Positions 1 through 10,961 of a stretch of DNA of 24,076 nucleotides are shown here, one piece after another. Below the pieces are notes generated by a model. It searched no databases, had not been told where the DNA came from, and was given only the letters and a program-made list of their open reading frames with translations. Each line of letters opens with the position of its first letter. Positions within the stretch are counted from its first letter, which is position 1. The DNA is from Candidatus Methylomirabilia bacterium. GTDB taxonomy: Bacteria > Methylomirabilota > Methylomirabilia > Rokubacteriales > CSP1-6. The position numbers and the translations under genes are program-made. The stretch is taken from positions 1-24,076 of the forward strand of contig JBGPXN010000065.1 in assembly GCA_041492755.1 (NCBI GenBank), read 5' to 3'.

Positions 1-587
1 ACGAACCCCCAGTAGCGGCTGTCCTGCGAGTTGTCGCGGTTGTCGCCCATCACGAAGTAGGAGTCGGCCGGCACGCGGGTCAGCTCGCACCCGTACGCGT
101 AGCCGCAGTAACCCTGGCCGTGCGCGACGCCGCTGGTGGACCACCGCGCATACGGCTCGTCGAGCGCGACGCCGTTGACGATCACCTGGTGTCCGCGGAC
201 GACGACTTCGTCGCCCGGGGTGGCCACGATGCGCTTGATGAAGTCGCGCTTCTCGTCCTGGGGATACTTGAACACGATGATGTCGCCGCGATGGGGCGAC
301 CGCAGCCCCGGCAGCCGCGCCTCGGTGAACGGGATCTCGGGCCCGTAGAGGAACTTGTTGACCAGGATGTAGTCGCCCACCAGGAGCGTGTTCATCATCG
401 AGCCCGACGGAATGGTGAACGCCTGCACGACCAGCGTCCGGATGACGAGGGCGAGCAGGATGGCGATGACGATCGCCTCGCCGTACTCGCGGACGAGCGA
501 CTTGCGGCGCGTGCGGGCGGAAACCGGCGCCGCGGTGACGGTGTCGACCTTCGCCGCCTGCTCCACGTTCGGCTCGCGAACGTCCAT
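1..587 (-). CDS. lepB: Signal peptidase I (3' end runs off the window)
   Basis: Manual minus-strand translation from ATG at 587: [10 protein letters not shown]...[46 protein letters not shown]...[10 protein letters not shown]...DFIKRIVA...[20 protein letters not shown]. Contains the catalytic Ser box (PSGSM), Lys box (IKR) and GDNRxNSxDSR box. Starts 2 nt after the lepA stop. Confidence 0.96.
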   Translation of the reverse strand, partial: [195 protein letters not shown]

Positions 588-589
588 GC

Positions 590-2380
590 TCAACTCTTCA
601 GCACGGTGAGGAATGCCTCCTGTGGCACCTCGACGCGGCCGACCTGTTTCATGCGCTTCTTGCCTTCTTTCTGCCGCTCCAAGAGCTTCCGCTTGCGCGT
701 GATGTCCCCGCCGTAGCACTTGGCGGTCACGTTCTTGCCCATGGCCTTGACCGTCTCCCGGGCGATGACGCGACTGCCGATGGCGGCCTGGATGGCGACC
801 TCGTAGAGCTGGCGCGGAATGACCGTGCGCAGCTTCTCCACCAGCGCCTTGCCCTTGTCGTACGCCTTGTCGCGGTGCACGATGAGGCTCAACGCGTCCA
901 CGGGATCGCCGTTGAGCAGGATGTCGAGCTTCACGAGGTCGGAGCCCCGGAACTCGGCGAACTCGTAGTCGAAGGACGCGTAGCCCTTGGAGATCGACTT
1001 CAGCTTGTCGTAGAAGTCGACGACGATCTCGGCGAGCGGGAAGTCGAACTGGATGTGCACGCGCTTGCCCATGTACTCGAGCGAGCGATGCTCGCCCCGC
1101 TTGTCCTGCGCGAGCTTGTAGATGGTCGTCATGAACTCCGTCGGCACGAAGACCGACGCCTTCACGTACGGCTCCTCCATCTGCTCGATGCGGTCCGGGG
1201 TGGGCAGCTTGGCCGGGTTGTCGATGTCGAGCAGGTCGCCGGCGGTGGTGAGGACTCGGTACTGCACGCTGGGGGCGGTGACGATGAGCGTGAGGTCGAA
1301 CTCCCGCTCCAGCCGCTCCTGCACGATCTCCATGTGCAGCATCCCGAGGAAGCCGCACCGGAAGCCGTAGCCGAGGGCGAGCGACGTCTCCGGCTCGTAG
1401 GTGAAGGCGGGATCGTTCAGCCGCAGCTTCTCGAGCGCGTCGCGCAGCGCTTCGTAGTCGGTGTCCTCGATCGGGTAGAGCCCGGCGAACACCATGGGCT
1501 TGGCGTCACGGTAGCCGGGGAACGGCTCCGCCGTCGGCCGCAACGCTTCCGTGATGGTCTCGCCGACCTTGGCGTCGGCCACGCGCTTGATCGACGCGGT
1601 GATGTAGCCGACCTGCCCCGCCGACAGCTCCTCCACCGGGCGCATATCGGGGCTGAAGACGCCGACCTGCTGCACGTCGTAGGCGCGCCCGTTCGACATC
1701 AGGAGGATGCGGGTGCCGGCGCGGACCCGGCCGTCGGTCAGACGGACGTAGACGACGACGCCCTGGTAGGAGTCGTAGAACGAGTCGAAGACCAGCGCCT
1801 TGAGCGGCGCGGCGGGGTCGCCGACGGGCGGCGGGATGCGCGCGACGATCGCCTCCAGCACTTCGGGCACCCCGGTGCCGTGCTTGGCCGAGATGGCGAG
1901 CGCTTCGCTGCCGTCGAGGTCGAGCGTCTCCGTGATCTGCTCGCGCGTGCCCTCGAGGTCGGCCGCGGGCAGGTCGATCTTGTTGATCACGGGCACGATG
2001 GCGAGACCGGCGTCGGAGGCGAGATAGAAGTTGGCGAGCGTCTGGGCCTCGATGCCCTGGGCGGCGTCGACGATGAGGAGGGCGCCCTCGCAGGCGGCCA
2101 GCGCCTTCGACACCTCGTAGGAGAAGTCGACGTGGCCCGGCGTGTCGATCAGGTTGAGCGTGTACTCGTGGCCGTCCTGCGCGCGGTAGAGCAGGCGGAC
2201 GGTGTGCGCCTTGATGGTGATGCCGCGCTCGCGCTCGAGGTCCATGGAGTCGAGCACCTGGTCGACGGCTTTCTTCGCGTCCATGGTGCCGGTGAGGGAC
2301 AGCAACCGGTCCGCCAGGGTCGACTTGCCGTGATCGATGTGGGCGACGATCGAGAAGTTCCGGATCCGCGAGAGCAACAT
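590..2380 (-). CDS. lepA: Elongation factor 4 (LepA) GTPase
   Basis: [52 protein letters not shown] and C-terminal [15 protein letters not shown] motifs; canonical lepA-lepB order. Confidence 0.99.
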   Translation of the reverse strand: MLLSRIRNFSIVAHIDHGKSTLADRLLSLTGTMDAKKAVDQVLDSMDLERERGITIKAHTVRLLYRAQDGHEYTLNLIDTPGHVDFSYEVSKALAACEGALLIVDAAQGIEAQTLANFYLASDAGLAIVPVINKIDLPAADLEGTREQITETLDLDGSEALAISAKHGTGVPEVLEAIVARIPPPVGDPAAPLKALVFDSFYDSYQGVVVYVRLTDGRVRAGTRILLMSNGRAYDVQQVGVFSPDMRPVEELSAGQVGYITASIKRVADAKVGETITEALRPTAEPFPGYRDAKPMVFAGLYPIEDTDYEALRDALEKLRLNDPAFTYEPETSLALGYGFRCGFLGMLHMEIVQERLEREFDLTLIVTAPSVQYRVLTTAGDLLDIDNPAKLPTPDRIEQMEEPYVKASVFVPTEFMTTIYKLAQDKRGEHRSLEYMGKRVHIQFDFPLAEIVVDFYDKLKSISKGYASFDYEFAEFRGSDLVKLDILLNGDPVDALSLIVHRDKAYDKGKALVEKLRTVIPRQLYEVAIQAAIGSRVIARETVKAMGKNVTAKCYGGDITRKRKLLERQKEGKKRMKQVGRVEVPQEAFLTVLKS

Positions 2381-2386
2381 CGACTC

Positions 2387-2395
2387 AGTCTATCA
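2387..2395 (-). promoter_or_regulatory. Extended -10 element (TGaTAGACT) 6 nt upstream of the lepA ATG; likely leaderless promoter
   Basis: Minus strand reads gTGATAGACTgagtcgATG; no Shine-Dalgarno between the element and the start codon. Confidence 0.55.
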
Positions 2396-2413
2396 CGTGG
2401 ATACGGGGCATCC

Positions 2414-3499
2414 TCACCCCGGCCGGCGCGCACGCTCGGGCACCACGGCACCCGGTTCGAGCACCACGCCGGCGCCGATCTCGGCGCCATCGCCGATGCG
2501 CACGTCGTTGCCGATCACGCAGTCGCGCAGCACCGCGCCGCGGCCCACCGTGACGCGCTCCCAGAGGACCGCGCGCTCCACCCGCGCCCCGGACCCGATC
2601 GTGCAGCCGTCGCCGAGGACCGTGGACGGCCCGACGGCGCCGTCCGCGGCCACGCTGACCCCGGCGCCGATCACCGCCGGACCGACGAGACGGCCGCCCG
2701 CCTCCACCACGCGCCCCGCCTCCACCACGCGGCCGGCCGGGTCGGGCGCCGGGAGCGTGGTTTTCACCTTGCCCGCGAGGAGGTCCATCTGGGCGGCGTG
2801 GTACGCCGCCGGGCTTCCGATGTCGCGCCAGTACATCGGCGGAACCCAGCCGAAGCACGGGATGCCGTCGGCGATGAGGGCGGGGAAGAACTCGCGCTCG
2901 ATCGACACCGGGCGGTCCGCCGGCATCCGGCGCAGCAGCTCGGCCTCGATGAGGTAGATGCCGGCGTTGATCTGGTCGGTGGTGATCTCCTCCGGCGTCG
3001 TCGGTTTTTCGCGGAAGCCCAGGAGCCGTCCGTCCGCCGCCGTCTCGCAGAGCCCGTACTGCCGCGGGTCCTCCACCCGCTTCAACAAGATCGTCACCCG
3101 CGCACCGCGTGCCGTGTGGAAGGCGCGCATGGCGGTGAGATCGGCGTCGGTCAGGACGTCACCGTTGAGCACGAACACCGACCCGCGCGTGAGGTCGGCC
3201 GCGTTCCGGACGCCGCCGCCGGTGCCGAGCGGCTCTTTCTCGATCACGTAGCGCAGCTGGACGTCGCGAGGATCGCCGAGCGCACCGCGGATGTCCTCCA
3301 CCCGGTACGAGCACGAGAGGATCACGTCGGAAACCCCGTGACCCCGCAGCAGCGCCAGCTGGTAAGCGAGGAACGGGCGGTTGAGCAGCGGCACCACCGG
3401 CTTGGCCCGGGTGAGGGTCAGCGGACGGAGCCGCGTGCCTTGACCGCCGGCGAGGATGACGGCCTGCAGGCCGGGGGGATCGGACGGGCCTTCGGTCAA
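2414..3499 (-). CDS. NDP-sugar pyrophosphorylase, mannose-1-phosphate guanylyltransferase-like, with C-terminal hexapeptide (LbH) domain
   Basis: AVILAGGQGTRLRPLT..AKP, EKEPLGTGG, VLNGD, FREKP, INAGIY, SIERE, YWRDIG motifs followed by hexapeptide repeats. TTG start overlaps the upstream TGA (TTGA). Confidence 0.88.
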   Translation of the reverse strand: MTEGPSDPPGLQAVILAGGQGTRLRPLTLTRAKPVVPLLNRPFLAYQLALLRGHGVSDVILSCSYRVEDIRGALGDPRDVQLRYVIEKEPLGTGGGVRNAADLTRGSVFVLNGDVLTDADLTAMRAFHTARGARVTILLKRVEDPRQYGLCETAADGRLLGFREKPTTPEEITTDQINAGIYLIEAELLRRMPADRPVSIEREFFPALIADGIPCFGWVPPMYWRDIGSPAAYHAAQMDLLAGKVKTTLPAPDPAGRVVEAGRVVEAGGRLVGPAVIGAGVSVAADGAVGPSTVLGDGCTIGSGARVERAVLWERVTVGRGAVLRDCVIGNDVRIGDGAEIGAGVVLEPGAVVPERARRPG

Positions 3500-3666
3500 C
3501 TCCCCGGGGACCAGGGCTGGGCCTCGTCGATCAGCATCACCGGGATCCCGTCGCGGATCGGATAGGCCTTGCCGCAGGCCGTGCAGATGATCCGGCTTTC
3601 TTCGAAGATCAGATCGCCCTTGCAGGCGGGACAGACGAGGATGGCTCTCAGCTCTTCGTCGATCAC
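3496..3666 (-). CDS. Trm112/YcaR-family small zinc-binding protein (56 aa)
   Basis: GTG start at 3666 preceded by strong SD AAGGAGGTGA (3671-3680). [19 protein letters not shown]...ICTACGKAYPIRDGIPVML shows the CPxCK...CxxC...YPIxDGIPVML signature. Confidence 0.92.
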   Translation of the reverse strand: MIDEELRAILVCPACKGDLIFEESRIICTACGKAYPIRDGIPVMLIDEAQPWSPGS

Positions 3667-4588
3667 GGCGTCACCTCCTTCCGGAACCAGGTGAACGTTT
3701 GCTTCAATCCGTCGTCGAGCGACGTGAGCGCCGACCACCCGAGCCACGCCTTGGCCCGAGTCGCGTCGAGCGCGCTCCGGCGCTGTTCCCCGGGCCGCGG
3801 GGGAACGTGGCGAGCCGGCTCGGACACACCGGCGGCCGCGGCCAGCCGCCGGTAGAGCTCGTTCACCGACGTCTCCACGCCGGTCCCGACGTTGACGATC
3901 CCGAAGCGCTCCGTGGACGTCAACGCGCGGGCGATCGCGGCCACGACGTCGCCCACGTACACGAAGTCGCGCGTCTGCCCGCCGTCGCCGGTGACGAGAC
4001 AGGGCTCGCCGGCGACGAGGCGATGGCAGAAGATCGCGACCACACCGGCTTCACCGTGGGGACTCTGGCGGGGGCCGTACACGTTGGCCAGTCTGAGCAC
4101 CATCCCGCGCCCGCCCGTGCTCTGCGCATAGAGCTCGACGTACCGCTCGGCGCCGACCTTGGACACGCCGTAGGGCGACGTCGGGCGCGTCGGATGATCC
4201 TCGGGCGTCGGGACGACGTCCGTGTCGCCGTAGGCGGCGCCGCCGGTCGATATGTACACCACGCGCCGGGCATTGGCCCGGGCGGCCGCCTGGAGCAACG
4301 CCGCCGTGCCCACCAGGTTGACGGACGCGTCGAACCCGGGATCGACGATGGACCGCGCGACCGCGGCCTGGGCGGCGAGATGCACCACGGCGTCGGGCCG
4401 CGCGTCCTGGACGACGCCATCGAGGCGCGGGCTGCGCAGGTCGAGGGCGGCGAACGAAGCGCCGGCCGGGACGTGCTCCCGCCGTCCGCCGCTGAGGTTG
4501 TCGACGACGACGACGTCGTGGCCGTCGGCGACGAAACGATCGGCGACATGCGAGCCGATGAATCCGGCACCTCCGGTGACGAGGATTC

Positions 4589-4592
<4 letters not shown>
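3663..4592 (-). CDS. NAD-dependent epimerase/dehydratase, UDP-glucose 4-epimerase-like
   Basis: GTG start at 4592 overlaps the upstream stop (GTGA). [31 protein letters not shown] (YxxxK), [16 protein letters not shown] and [12 protein letters not shown] motifs. Confidence 0.88.
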
Positions 4593-5524
<932 letters not shown>

Positions 5525-5544
5525 GGGCCCGGTCGGGGGGGCGG

Positions 5545-6855
5545 TCAGGAGGGCAGCACCGGTCGACGACCGATGGTGTGGTATTCGAAGCCGAGGCGGC
5601 GCATCCGCTCGGGCTCCCAGATGTTGCGGCCGTCGAAGACGAGGGGGCGGCGCATCACCGAGCGCAGCCGCTCGAGGTTCAGGAGCTTGAACTCGTTCCA
5701 CTCCGTCACGATGGCGAGGCCGTCGGCGCCGGCGGCGGCCTCGTACGACGATTCGCAGTACACCACCGCCGGGCCCAGCACCTTGCGGCTGTTCGGCATC
5801 GCGACCGGATCGTACGCGCGGACGCTGACGCCGCGATCGGCGAGCAACTCGATCACCTCGAGGCTCTTGGCCTCGCGGATGTCGTCGGTGTTGGGCTTGA
5901 AGGCCAGGCCGAGGACGGCCACCACCCGCTCGGGGAGCGGCTCCAGCACGGTCGCGATCTTGTCCACGAAGTGGCGAGCGCGGTCGCGGTTGACGTCGAC
6001 CACCGCGCGCAGCAATCCGAAGTCGTAGCCGAGGCTGCCCGCGGTGTGGACGAGCGACTCGGTGTCCTTGGGAAAGCACGAGCCGCCGTAACCGAGACCG
6101 GCCTGCAGGAACGCCGGCCCGATGCGGGCGTCGAGGCCCATGCCCTTCATCACCTGGGTGACGTCGGCGCCGGCGAGCTCGCAGACGTTGGCGATGGCGT
6201 TGATGAAGGAGATCTTGGTGGCGAGGAAGGCGTTGGACGCGTACTTGATCATCTCGGCCGACGGCACGTCGGTGATGATCATCGGGCGCTCGAGCGGGGC
6301 GTAGAGCTCGAGCAGCGTCATCGCGACCTGCTGGGTGGGCGCCCCGATCACGATGCGATCGGGGCGCAACGTGTCCTCGATGGCGGAGCCCTCGCGCAGG
6401 AACTCCGGATTCGACACCACGTCGAACGGGATCGGCCGGGCTTGATTCTTCGCGATGACGTCGCGAACGAGGTCACCCGTCCCGACGGGCACGGTGGATT
6501 TGTTCACGACGACCGTGTAGCGCTCCATGGCCACCCCGATAGCCGCCGCCACCTCTTCCACCGCGGTCAGATCCGTCTGGCCGCCGGCGCGCGGCGGTGT
6601 CCCCACCGTGATGAAGACGATGACCGAGCGCCGGACGGCGGCCGCGAGGTCGGTGGAGAACGAGAGGCGGCCATCGGTGGCGTTCCGATCGACCATCTCT
6701 TCCAGGCCGGGCTCGTAGATCGGCATTCGCCCGGCTTTGAGCCACGCGATCTTCTCGGGGTCGTTGTCGACGCAGATCACCTCGTTTCCGAGGTCGGCGA
6801 AGACCGCGCCGGTCACGAGCCCCACGTAGCCCGTTCCCACCACGCAGATGTTCAT
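5545..6855 (-). CDS. ugd: UDP-glucose 6-dehydrogenase
   Basis: [61 protein letters not shown] (catalytic Cys), [13 protein letters not shown] and DGRN motifs. Confidence 0.96.
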   Translation of the reverse strand: MNICVVGTGYVGLVTGAVFADLGNEVICVDNDPEKIAWLKAGRMPIYEPGLEEMVDRNATDGRLSFSTDLAAAVRRSVIVFITVGTPPRAGGQTDLTAVEEVAAAIGVAMERYTVVVNKSTVPVGTGDLVRDVIAKNQARPIPFDVVSNPEFLREGSAIEDTLRPDRIVIGAPTQQVAMTLLELYAPLERPMIITDVPSAEMIKYASNAFLATKISFINAIANVCELAGADVTQVMKGMGLDARIGPAFLQAGLGYGGSCFPKDTESLVHTAGSLGYDFGLLRAVVDVNRDRARHFVDKIATVLEPLPERVVAVLGLAFKPNTDDIREAKSLEVIELLADRGVSVRAYDPVAMPNSRKVLGPAVVYCESSYEAAAGADGLAIVTEWNEFKLLNLERLRSVMRRPLVFDGRNIWEPERMRRLGFEYHTIGRRPVLPS

Positions 6856-6869
6856 GGAAGGCGAGCGCC

Positions 6870-6878
6870 ATCATAGCA
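6870..6878 (-). promoter_or_regulatory. Extended -10 element (TGcTATGAT) upstream of ugd
   Basis: Minus strand reads TGCTATGAT-14 nt-ATG, with no SD in the short leader. Confidence 0.5.
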
Positions 6879-6945
6879 GAGGGGTGCAGACCTCGCGAAG
6901 GCGCCCCTCGTTTTGAAGACTTGACCACGCGGATCCGAGCGGCGC

Positions 6946-6962
6946 CCGGCGGAGGCCGCCGG
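6946..6962 (-). terminator. GC-rich hairpin directly after the stop of the 66-aa gene
   Basis: ccggcgg-agg-ccgccgg perfect 7-bp stem abutting the stop codon at 6963. No U-tract follows, so terminator function is uncertain. Confidence 0.4.
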
Positions 6963-7163
6963 TCAGGCGGCGAACGGGCCGCTATCCTCCGGCTCGTCGC
7001 TGTCGTCGTCCTGCTCCCCGTGGATCTGCGTCCGCGCGTCGCGCACGGCTTCCGTGAGCGAGTCGAACCGCTGCCCCGAGATCGTGATCGTGTTGCTCTC
7101 GTCCCGAGCCTTCCACATCCACTCCCGCCGCTCGCGTCCTACCGGAACGAATTGCACCTTCAT
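6963..7163 (-). CDS. Small hypothetical protein (66 aa), YegP/DUF1508-like N-terminus plus acidic tail
   Basis: SD GGAGG 5 nt before ATG at 7163; MKVQFVPVGRERREWMWKARDESNTITISGQRFDSLTEAVRDARTQIHGEQDDDSDEPEDSGPFAA. The EWxW(K/R)...SG..(F/Y).S...A pattern recalls YegP repeats. Has its own promoter and downstream hairpin. Confidence 0.7.
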   Translation of the reverse strand: MKVQFVPVGRERREWMWKARDESNTITISGQRFDSLTEAVRDARTQIHGEQDDDSDEPEDSGPFAA

Positions 7164-7205
7164 CCTGTCCTCCACATCGCCCTCTCGAGCGCGCGAAGAG
7201 GCGGC

Positions 7206-7221
7206 TGCAAGGCGGGTGCCA
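7206..7221 (-). promoter_or_regulatory. sigma54 (RpoN) -24/-12 promoter
   Basis: Minus strand TGGCACC-cgcc-TTGCA has exact GG-N10-GC spacing and closely matches TGGCACG-N4-TTGCW; lies about 42 nt upstream of the ATG at 7163. Confidence 0.7.
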
Positions 7222-7276
7222 GGCACAATACGTGGCGCGGGCGACGCTCGGCGCTGCGATGAGTGCGGGACGAGCG

Positions 7277-8089
7277 TTACTTCGGGACGGCGTCGACGGC
7301 GTCGTCGGGCTCGGCCGCGACCCAGCGAAAGAACACGAGCGTGAACGCGACGAGAGGAATGAGCCCGGCCGGTACCCACATGATCACCCCGCCGAGTCGC
7401 TGGTCGTCGAGCGGGGACAGATCGATCACGCGCGGGGCCAGGCTGTAGAAGGGGTACAGCACTGTCTCGGCCGTGGTGATCATTGCTGCGACCACGGTCA
7501 TGGGAAACCCGAACACGAAGAGGTAAAGGATTTGCGCGCCATAGTGCAACGCCGGCGCCTCCCGCGACGTGCTCAGGACGGGCCACCACGCGAGCATGGC
7601 CGTGCCGGTCAGCGCGGCATGCTCGACGAAGTGCCAGCCGTGAGAGGCAAGCGCCAGCTCGTAGGGGCCGGGCAAGTGCCACGCGACCAGCGCGACCGTG
7701 TAGGCGGCCAGGGCGGGCACCGGCCGGGTGAGCAGGCGCGCCACCCGCCACCGCGCCGGGCGCGCGCCCACACGGGCGAGCACGGCGTCCACCATGAAGC
7801 CCGGGGTGCCGCTCAGCAGAAGTGGCGCGACCACGAGGGTGAGGATCAGGTGCTGCACCATGTGCGCGCTGAAGAGATAGCCCTCGCTGAGCACGTGCAG
7901 CGGCCCGTTGGTGGCCACCAGCAGGGCGGCCAGGCCGAGGAAGAACGCCACGGCCCGCCCGGCCGAGCGGGGTTGGGCGGACAGGACGAGCCCGGCGACG
8001 TAGGCGCCGGCCAGCACGGCGACGGCGATGATCACGTCGAGGTGCAGCGCGCTCCCGGTCCAGGTTGGAGACGGTGGAAGCGTCGACAT
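7277..8089 (-). CDS. ctaG: Cytochrome c oxidase assembly factor CtaG (caa3-type)
   Basis: Multi-TM protein with LFSAHMVQHLILT..APLLL, WHLP..Y, HFVEH, WWPVL and DQRLGGVIMWVP motifs; last gene of the oxidase cluster. Confidence 0.9.
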   Translation of the reverse strand: MSTLPPSPTWTGSALHLDVIIAVAVLAGAYVAGLVLSAQPRSAGRAVAFFLGLAALLVATNGPLHVLSEGYLFSAHMVQHLILTLVVAPLLLSGTPGFMVDAVLARVGARPARWRVARLLTRPVPALAAYTVALVAWHLPGPYELALASHGWHFVEHAALTGTAMLAWWPVLSTSREAPALHYGAQILYLFVFGFPMTVVAAMITTAETVLYPFYSLAPRVIDLSPLDDQRLGGVIMWVPAGLIPLVAFTLVFFRWVAAEPDDAVDAVPK

Positions 8090-8120
8090 TACGACGACGA
8101 TCTCAGCACGGCATGCCGCG

Positions 8121-8483
8121 TCAGCGGGAGAAGAGCAGGAAGTCTCCGGGAAGCGTCACGAGGGCGAGCACGACGACCGTCGCGATGAGCAACGAGCCCG
8201 TGAAGATCACCGACAGCACGCGGGAGTCGTAGCGCAGGTGCATGAAGAACAGAACGACCAGGGAAAACTTGGCCGCCGACATCACCAGGAGCAGGGGAAC
8301 GAGGATCGGGGTGAGCTGGCGGATGTAGATCGAGCCGAACTCGAGCGCGGTGATGATGCCCAGAATCACCGCGATCTGCAGATACATGGTCACGCTGGCG
8401 TGGCCGGCGGGATCCCCGTGGCCGGTCTGGCCAGTCTGGTTGGTCGGGCGACCGTGCGCGGCCTGAGGTCTTGGTTGGCTCAT
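8121..8483 (-). CDS. ctaF: Cytochrome c oxidase subunit IV (COX4_pro family)
   Basis: ATG at 8483 overlaps the upstream stop (ATGA). YLQIAVILGIITALE...AKFSLVVLFFMHLRYD motif; three TM helices. Confidence 0.88.
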   Translation of the reverse strand: MSQPRPQAAHGRPTNQTGQTGHGDPAGHASVTMYLQIAVILGIITALEFGSIYIRQLTPILVPLLLVMSAAKFSLVVLFFMHLRYDSRVLSVIFTGSLLIATVVVLALVTLPGDFLLFSR

Positions 8484-10906
8484 GGCACCAGGTAGATGAG
8501 GGTGAAGATCACGATCCACACGATGTCGACGAAGTGCCAGTAGAGACCGGCGATCTCCACCTTCACGGCGTCGCGGCGGTCGAGCCGGCCGCGCAGGGCC
8601 ATGATCCACAGGGTGAGCAGCCACGCGACGCCGATGGTGACGTGGCCGCCGTGGAATCCGGTGAGGACGAAGAACGTCGACCCGAACAGGTTCTGCTGCA
8701 GCGTCAGGCCTTCGTGCACGAACGAGGCGAACTCGTAGACCTGGAAGCCCAGGAAGATCAGCCCGAAGAGCGCGGTGCCGGCCAACCAGAGCCGCGTCTT
8801 GGCCAGATCGCCGCGGGTGATGGCGTCCAGGGCGAGCACCATGAGCAAGCTCGACATCAAGAGGTCGAACGTACTGACCGTGGTCAGCGGGAGGTTGAGG
8901 ATCTCGTGCGGATACGGGCCGACGACGCTCTTGCCGCGATAGGCCATGTACGTCGCGATGAGCGAGCCGAAGAACATGCACTCGGAGGCCAGAAAGGTCC
9001 AGATGCCGAGCTTGCGGTGATCGAGGCCGATCGAGCCGACCTGGTGCTCGTGCATCGGGTTGCGGTGGTGCTCGAGCGCGAAGCTGAAGGCGCCCAGCAC
9101 GAGGATGAGCGCGCCCACGATGAGGAGCGCCAGGGACGTGAGCGCGCCCACCGCGCCCAGACCGATGCCGAGCCCCATGACGATCGGCCAGGTCGACGGC
9201 GCCGGCAGATGCGTGCCGTGCGGGTCGGGCGCGGGCGGCAGCGGCACCGGCTTGCGGCCCCGGCGATCGCCGTACTTCTCGCGCCAGAACGTGTCGCGCC
9301 CGTACACGGGCGGGATGGTCTCGAAGTCGTACGGCGGCGGCGGCGACGACGTCCGCCACTCCAGCGTGCGCGCGTCCCACGGATCGTTCGGCGCGGTGCG
9401 GGGCCCGCGCAGGCTACGAGCCGCGTTCACGAGGAACACGAAGACGGCCAAACCGATCCCGAACGCGCCGATGGTCGAGACCATGTTCCAGCCGTCCCAG
9501 CCCATGCCGGTCTGATACGTGTAGATCCGGCGCGGCATGCCGATGGCGCCGAGGTAGTGCTGGGGGAAGAACGTCAGGTTGAAGGCGACGAACAGCAGCC
9601 AGAAGTGCAGGCGGCCCAGCCCCTCGCTCAGGAAGCGGCCCGTTATCTTCGGCCACCAGTAGTACGCGCCGGAGAAGAGACCGAAGAGGGCGCCGCCGAT
9701 GAGGACGTAGTGGAAGTGCGCCACCACGAAGTAGGTGTCCGTCTGCTGCAGGTCGATCGGCGGCGAGGCGTGCATGATGCCGGACAGCCCGCCCAGCGTG
9801 AAGAGCGCGATGAGCCCGACCGCGAAGTGCAGCGCCACCGTCGGGCGCAGCGTGCCGCCCCACAGCGTGGCCAGCCAGTTGAAGATCTTCACGCCGGTGG
9901 GGATGGCGATGAGCATCGTCCCCACCGAGAAGGCGGCGTCGGCCACCGGCCCCATGCCCACCGCGAACATGTGGTGGCTCCACACGCCGAAGCCGAAGAA
10001 GCCGATGAGCACGCCCGAGTAGATGACGACGGGCGCGCCGAACAGCGGCTTGCGGGCAAAGACGGGCAGGACCTCCGAGACGATGCCGAGCGCGGGCAGG
10101 ACCAGGATGTAGACTTCGGGATGGCCGAAGATCCAGAACAGGTGCTGCCACAGGTGCAGGTCACCGCCGGCGAGCACGTCGTAGAAGCGCGTGCCGAAGA
10201 ACCGGTCGAAGGTCAGGAAGATCAGGCCCACGGTGACGGCCGGGAACGCGAGCACGATCAGGAACTGGACCACCAGCGACATCCACACGAACACCGGCAT
10301 CCGCATCAGCGTCATGCCGGGTGGGCGCATGTTCAGGATGGTCACGATGAAGTTCACGGCGGCGATCACCGAGGACGCGCCCAGGACTTGCAGGCTGATG
10401 ACCCAGAAATCGACGGCGGGCCCGGGCGAGAACTGGCGGAGGGTGAGGCTCGTGTAGCCGAACCAGCCGCCGTCAGGCGGCGTGCCGACCAGGAAGCTCG
10501 CGTTGACGAAGAGCCCCCCGATCAGGAAGATCCAGAACGACAGCGCGTTGAGCCGCGGGAACGCGACGTCGCGAGCCCCGATCATGAGCGGCAGCATGTA
10601 GTTCATGAACGCCGCGTTGAACGGCATGACGGCCAGGAACACCATCGTGGTGCCGTGCATGGTGAAGAGCGCGTTGAAGGTCTCCGCGCTGACCACGTGG
10701 GCGCCGGGGGTGGCGAGCTGCAGCCGGATGATGAGCGCCTCGATGCCACCGATCAGGAAGAAGACGAAGGCGCTGATCCCGTACAGGATGCCGATCCGCT
10801 TGTGGTCGACGGTGGTGATCCAGCTCCACACGCCGGTCGCCGCGGGCGCGTGGGCGCCGGCGGCGGTCGGCACGGCGTGCTGGAACGCGGCGCCCCGGGT
10901 CGCCAT
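8480..10906 (-). CDS. ctaD: Heme-copper oxidase subunit I fused to subunit III (A1-type, caa3-like)
   Basis: All six His ligands present (TMHG, GHPEVY, VWSHHMF, VAHFHYV), plus D-channel (GARDVAFPRLN) and K-channel (PTGVKIFNW). Continues without a stop into subunit III motifs FLASECMFF, TGFHGGHV and GLYWHFVDIVW. Confidence 0.96.
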   Translation of the reverse strand: MATRGAAFQHAVPTAAGAHAPAATGVWSWITTVDHKRIGILYGISAFVFFLIGGIEALIIRLQLATPGAHVVSAETFNALFTMHGTTMVFLAVMPFNAAFMNYMLPLMIGARDVAFPRLNALSFWIFLIGGLFVNASFLVGTPPDGGWFGYTSLTLRQFSPGPAVDFWVISLQVLGASSVIAAVNFIVTILNMRPPGMTLMRMPVFVWMSLVVQFLIVLAFPAVTVGLIFLTFDRFFGTRFYDVLAGGDLHLWQHLFWIFGHPEVYILVLPALGIVSEVLPVFARKPLFGAPVVIYSGVLIGFFGFGVWSHHMFAVGMGPVADAAFSVGTMLIAIPTGVKIFNWLATLWGGTLRPTVALHFAVGLIALFTLGGLSGIMHASPPIDLQQTDTYFVVAHFHYVLIGGALFGLFSGAYYWWPKITGRFLSEGLGRLHFWLLFVAFNLTFFPQHYLGAIGMPRRIYTYQTGMGWDGWNMVSTIGAFGIGLAVFVFLVNAARSLRGPRTAPNDPWDARTLEWRTSSPPPPYDFETIPPVYGRDTFWREKYGDRRGRKPVPLPPAPDPHGTHLPAPSTWPIVMGLGIGLGAVGALTSLALLIVGALILVLGAFSFALEHHRNPMHEHQVGSIGLDHRKLGIWTFLASECMFFGSLIATYMAYRGKSVVGPYPHEILNLPLTTVSTFDLLMSSLLMVLALDAITRGDLAKTRLWLAGTALFGLIFLGFQVYEFASFVHEGLTLQQNLFGSTFFVLTGFHGGHVTIGVAWLLTLWIMALRGRLDRRDAVKVEIAGLYWHFVDIVWIVIFTLIYLVP

Positions 10907-10961
10907 TGCTATCGCCCCCTGCCCCGCCGGCCGGTACTCGCGCCCGCGGTATGCGTCATCG

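Noticed and set aside
2697..2734. 18-bp tandem duplication (GRVVEA x2)
   Set aside because: An in-frame hexapeptide repeat unit of the LbH domain; not a CRISPR or mobile repeat.
875..3565. 896-aa plus-strand ORF and similar long ORFs (3699-5000, 5515-6876, 8471-11140, 13390-15051, 16000-17844, 17748-19109)
   Set aside because: Antisense shadows of well-supported genes. Long stop-free frames are expected at this GC content, and the translations carry no recognisable motifs.
8108..8117. Palindrome CGGCATGCCG and a 3-codon ORF between ctaF and ctaG
   Set aside because: Too short to distinguish from chance in high-GC DNA.
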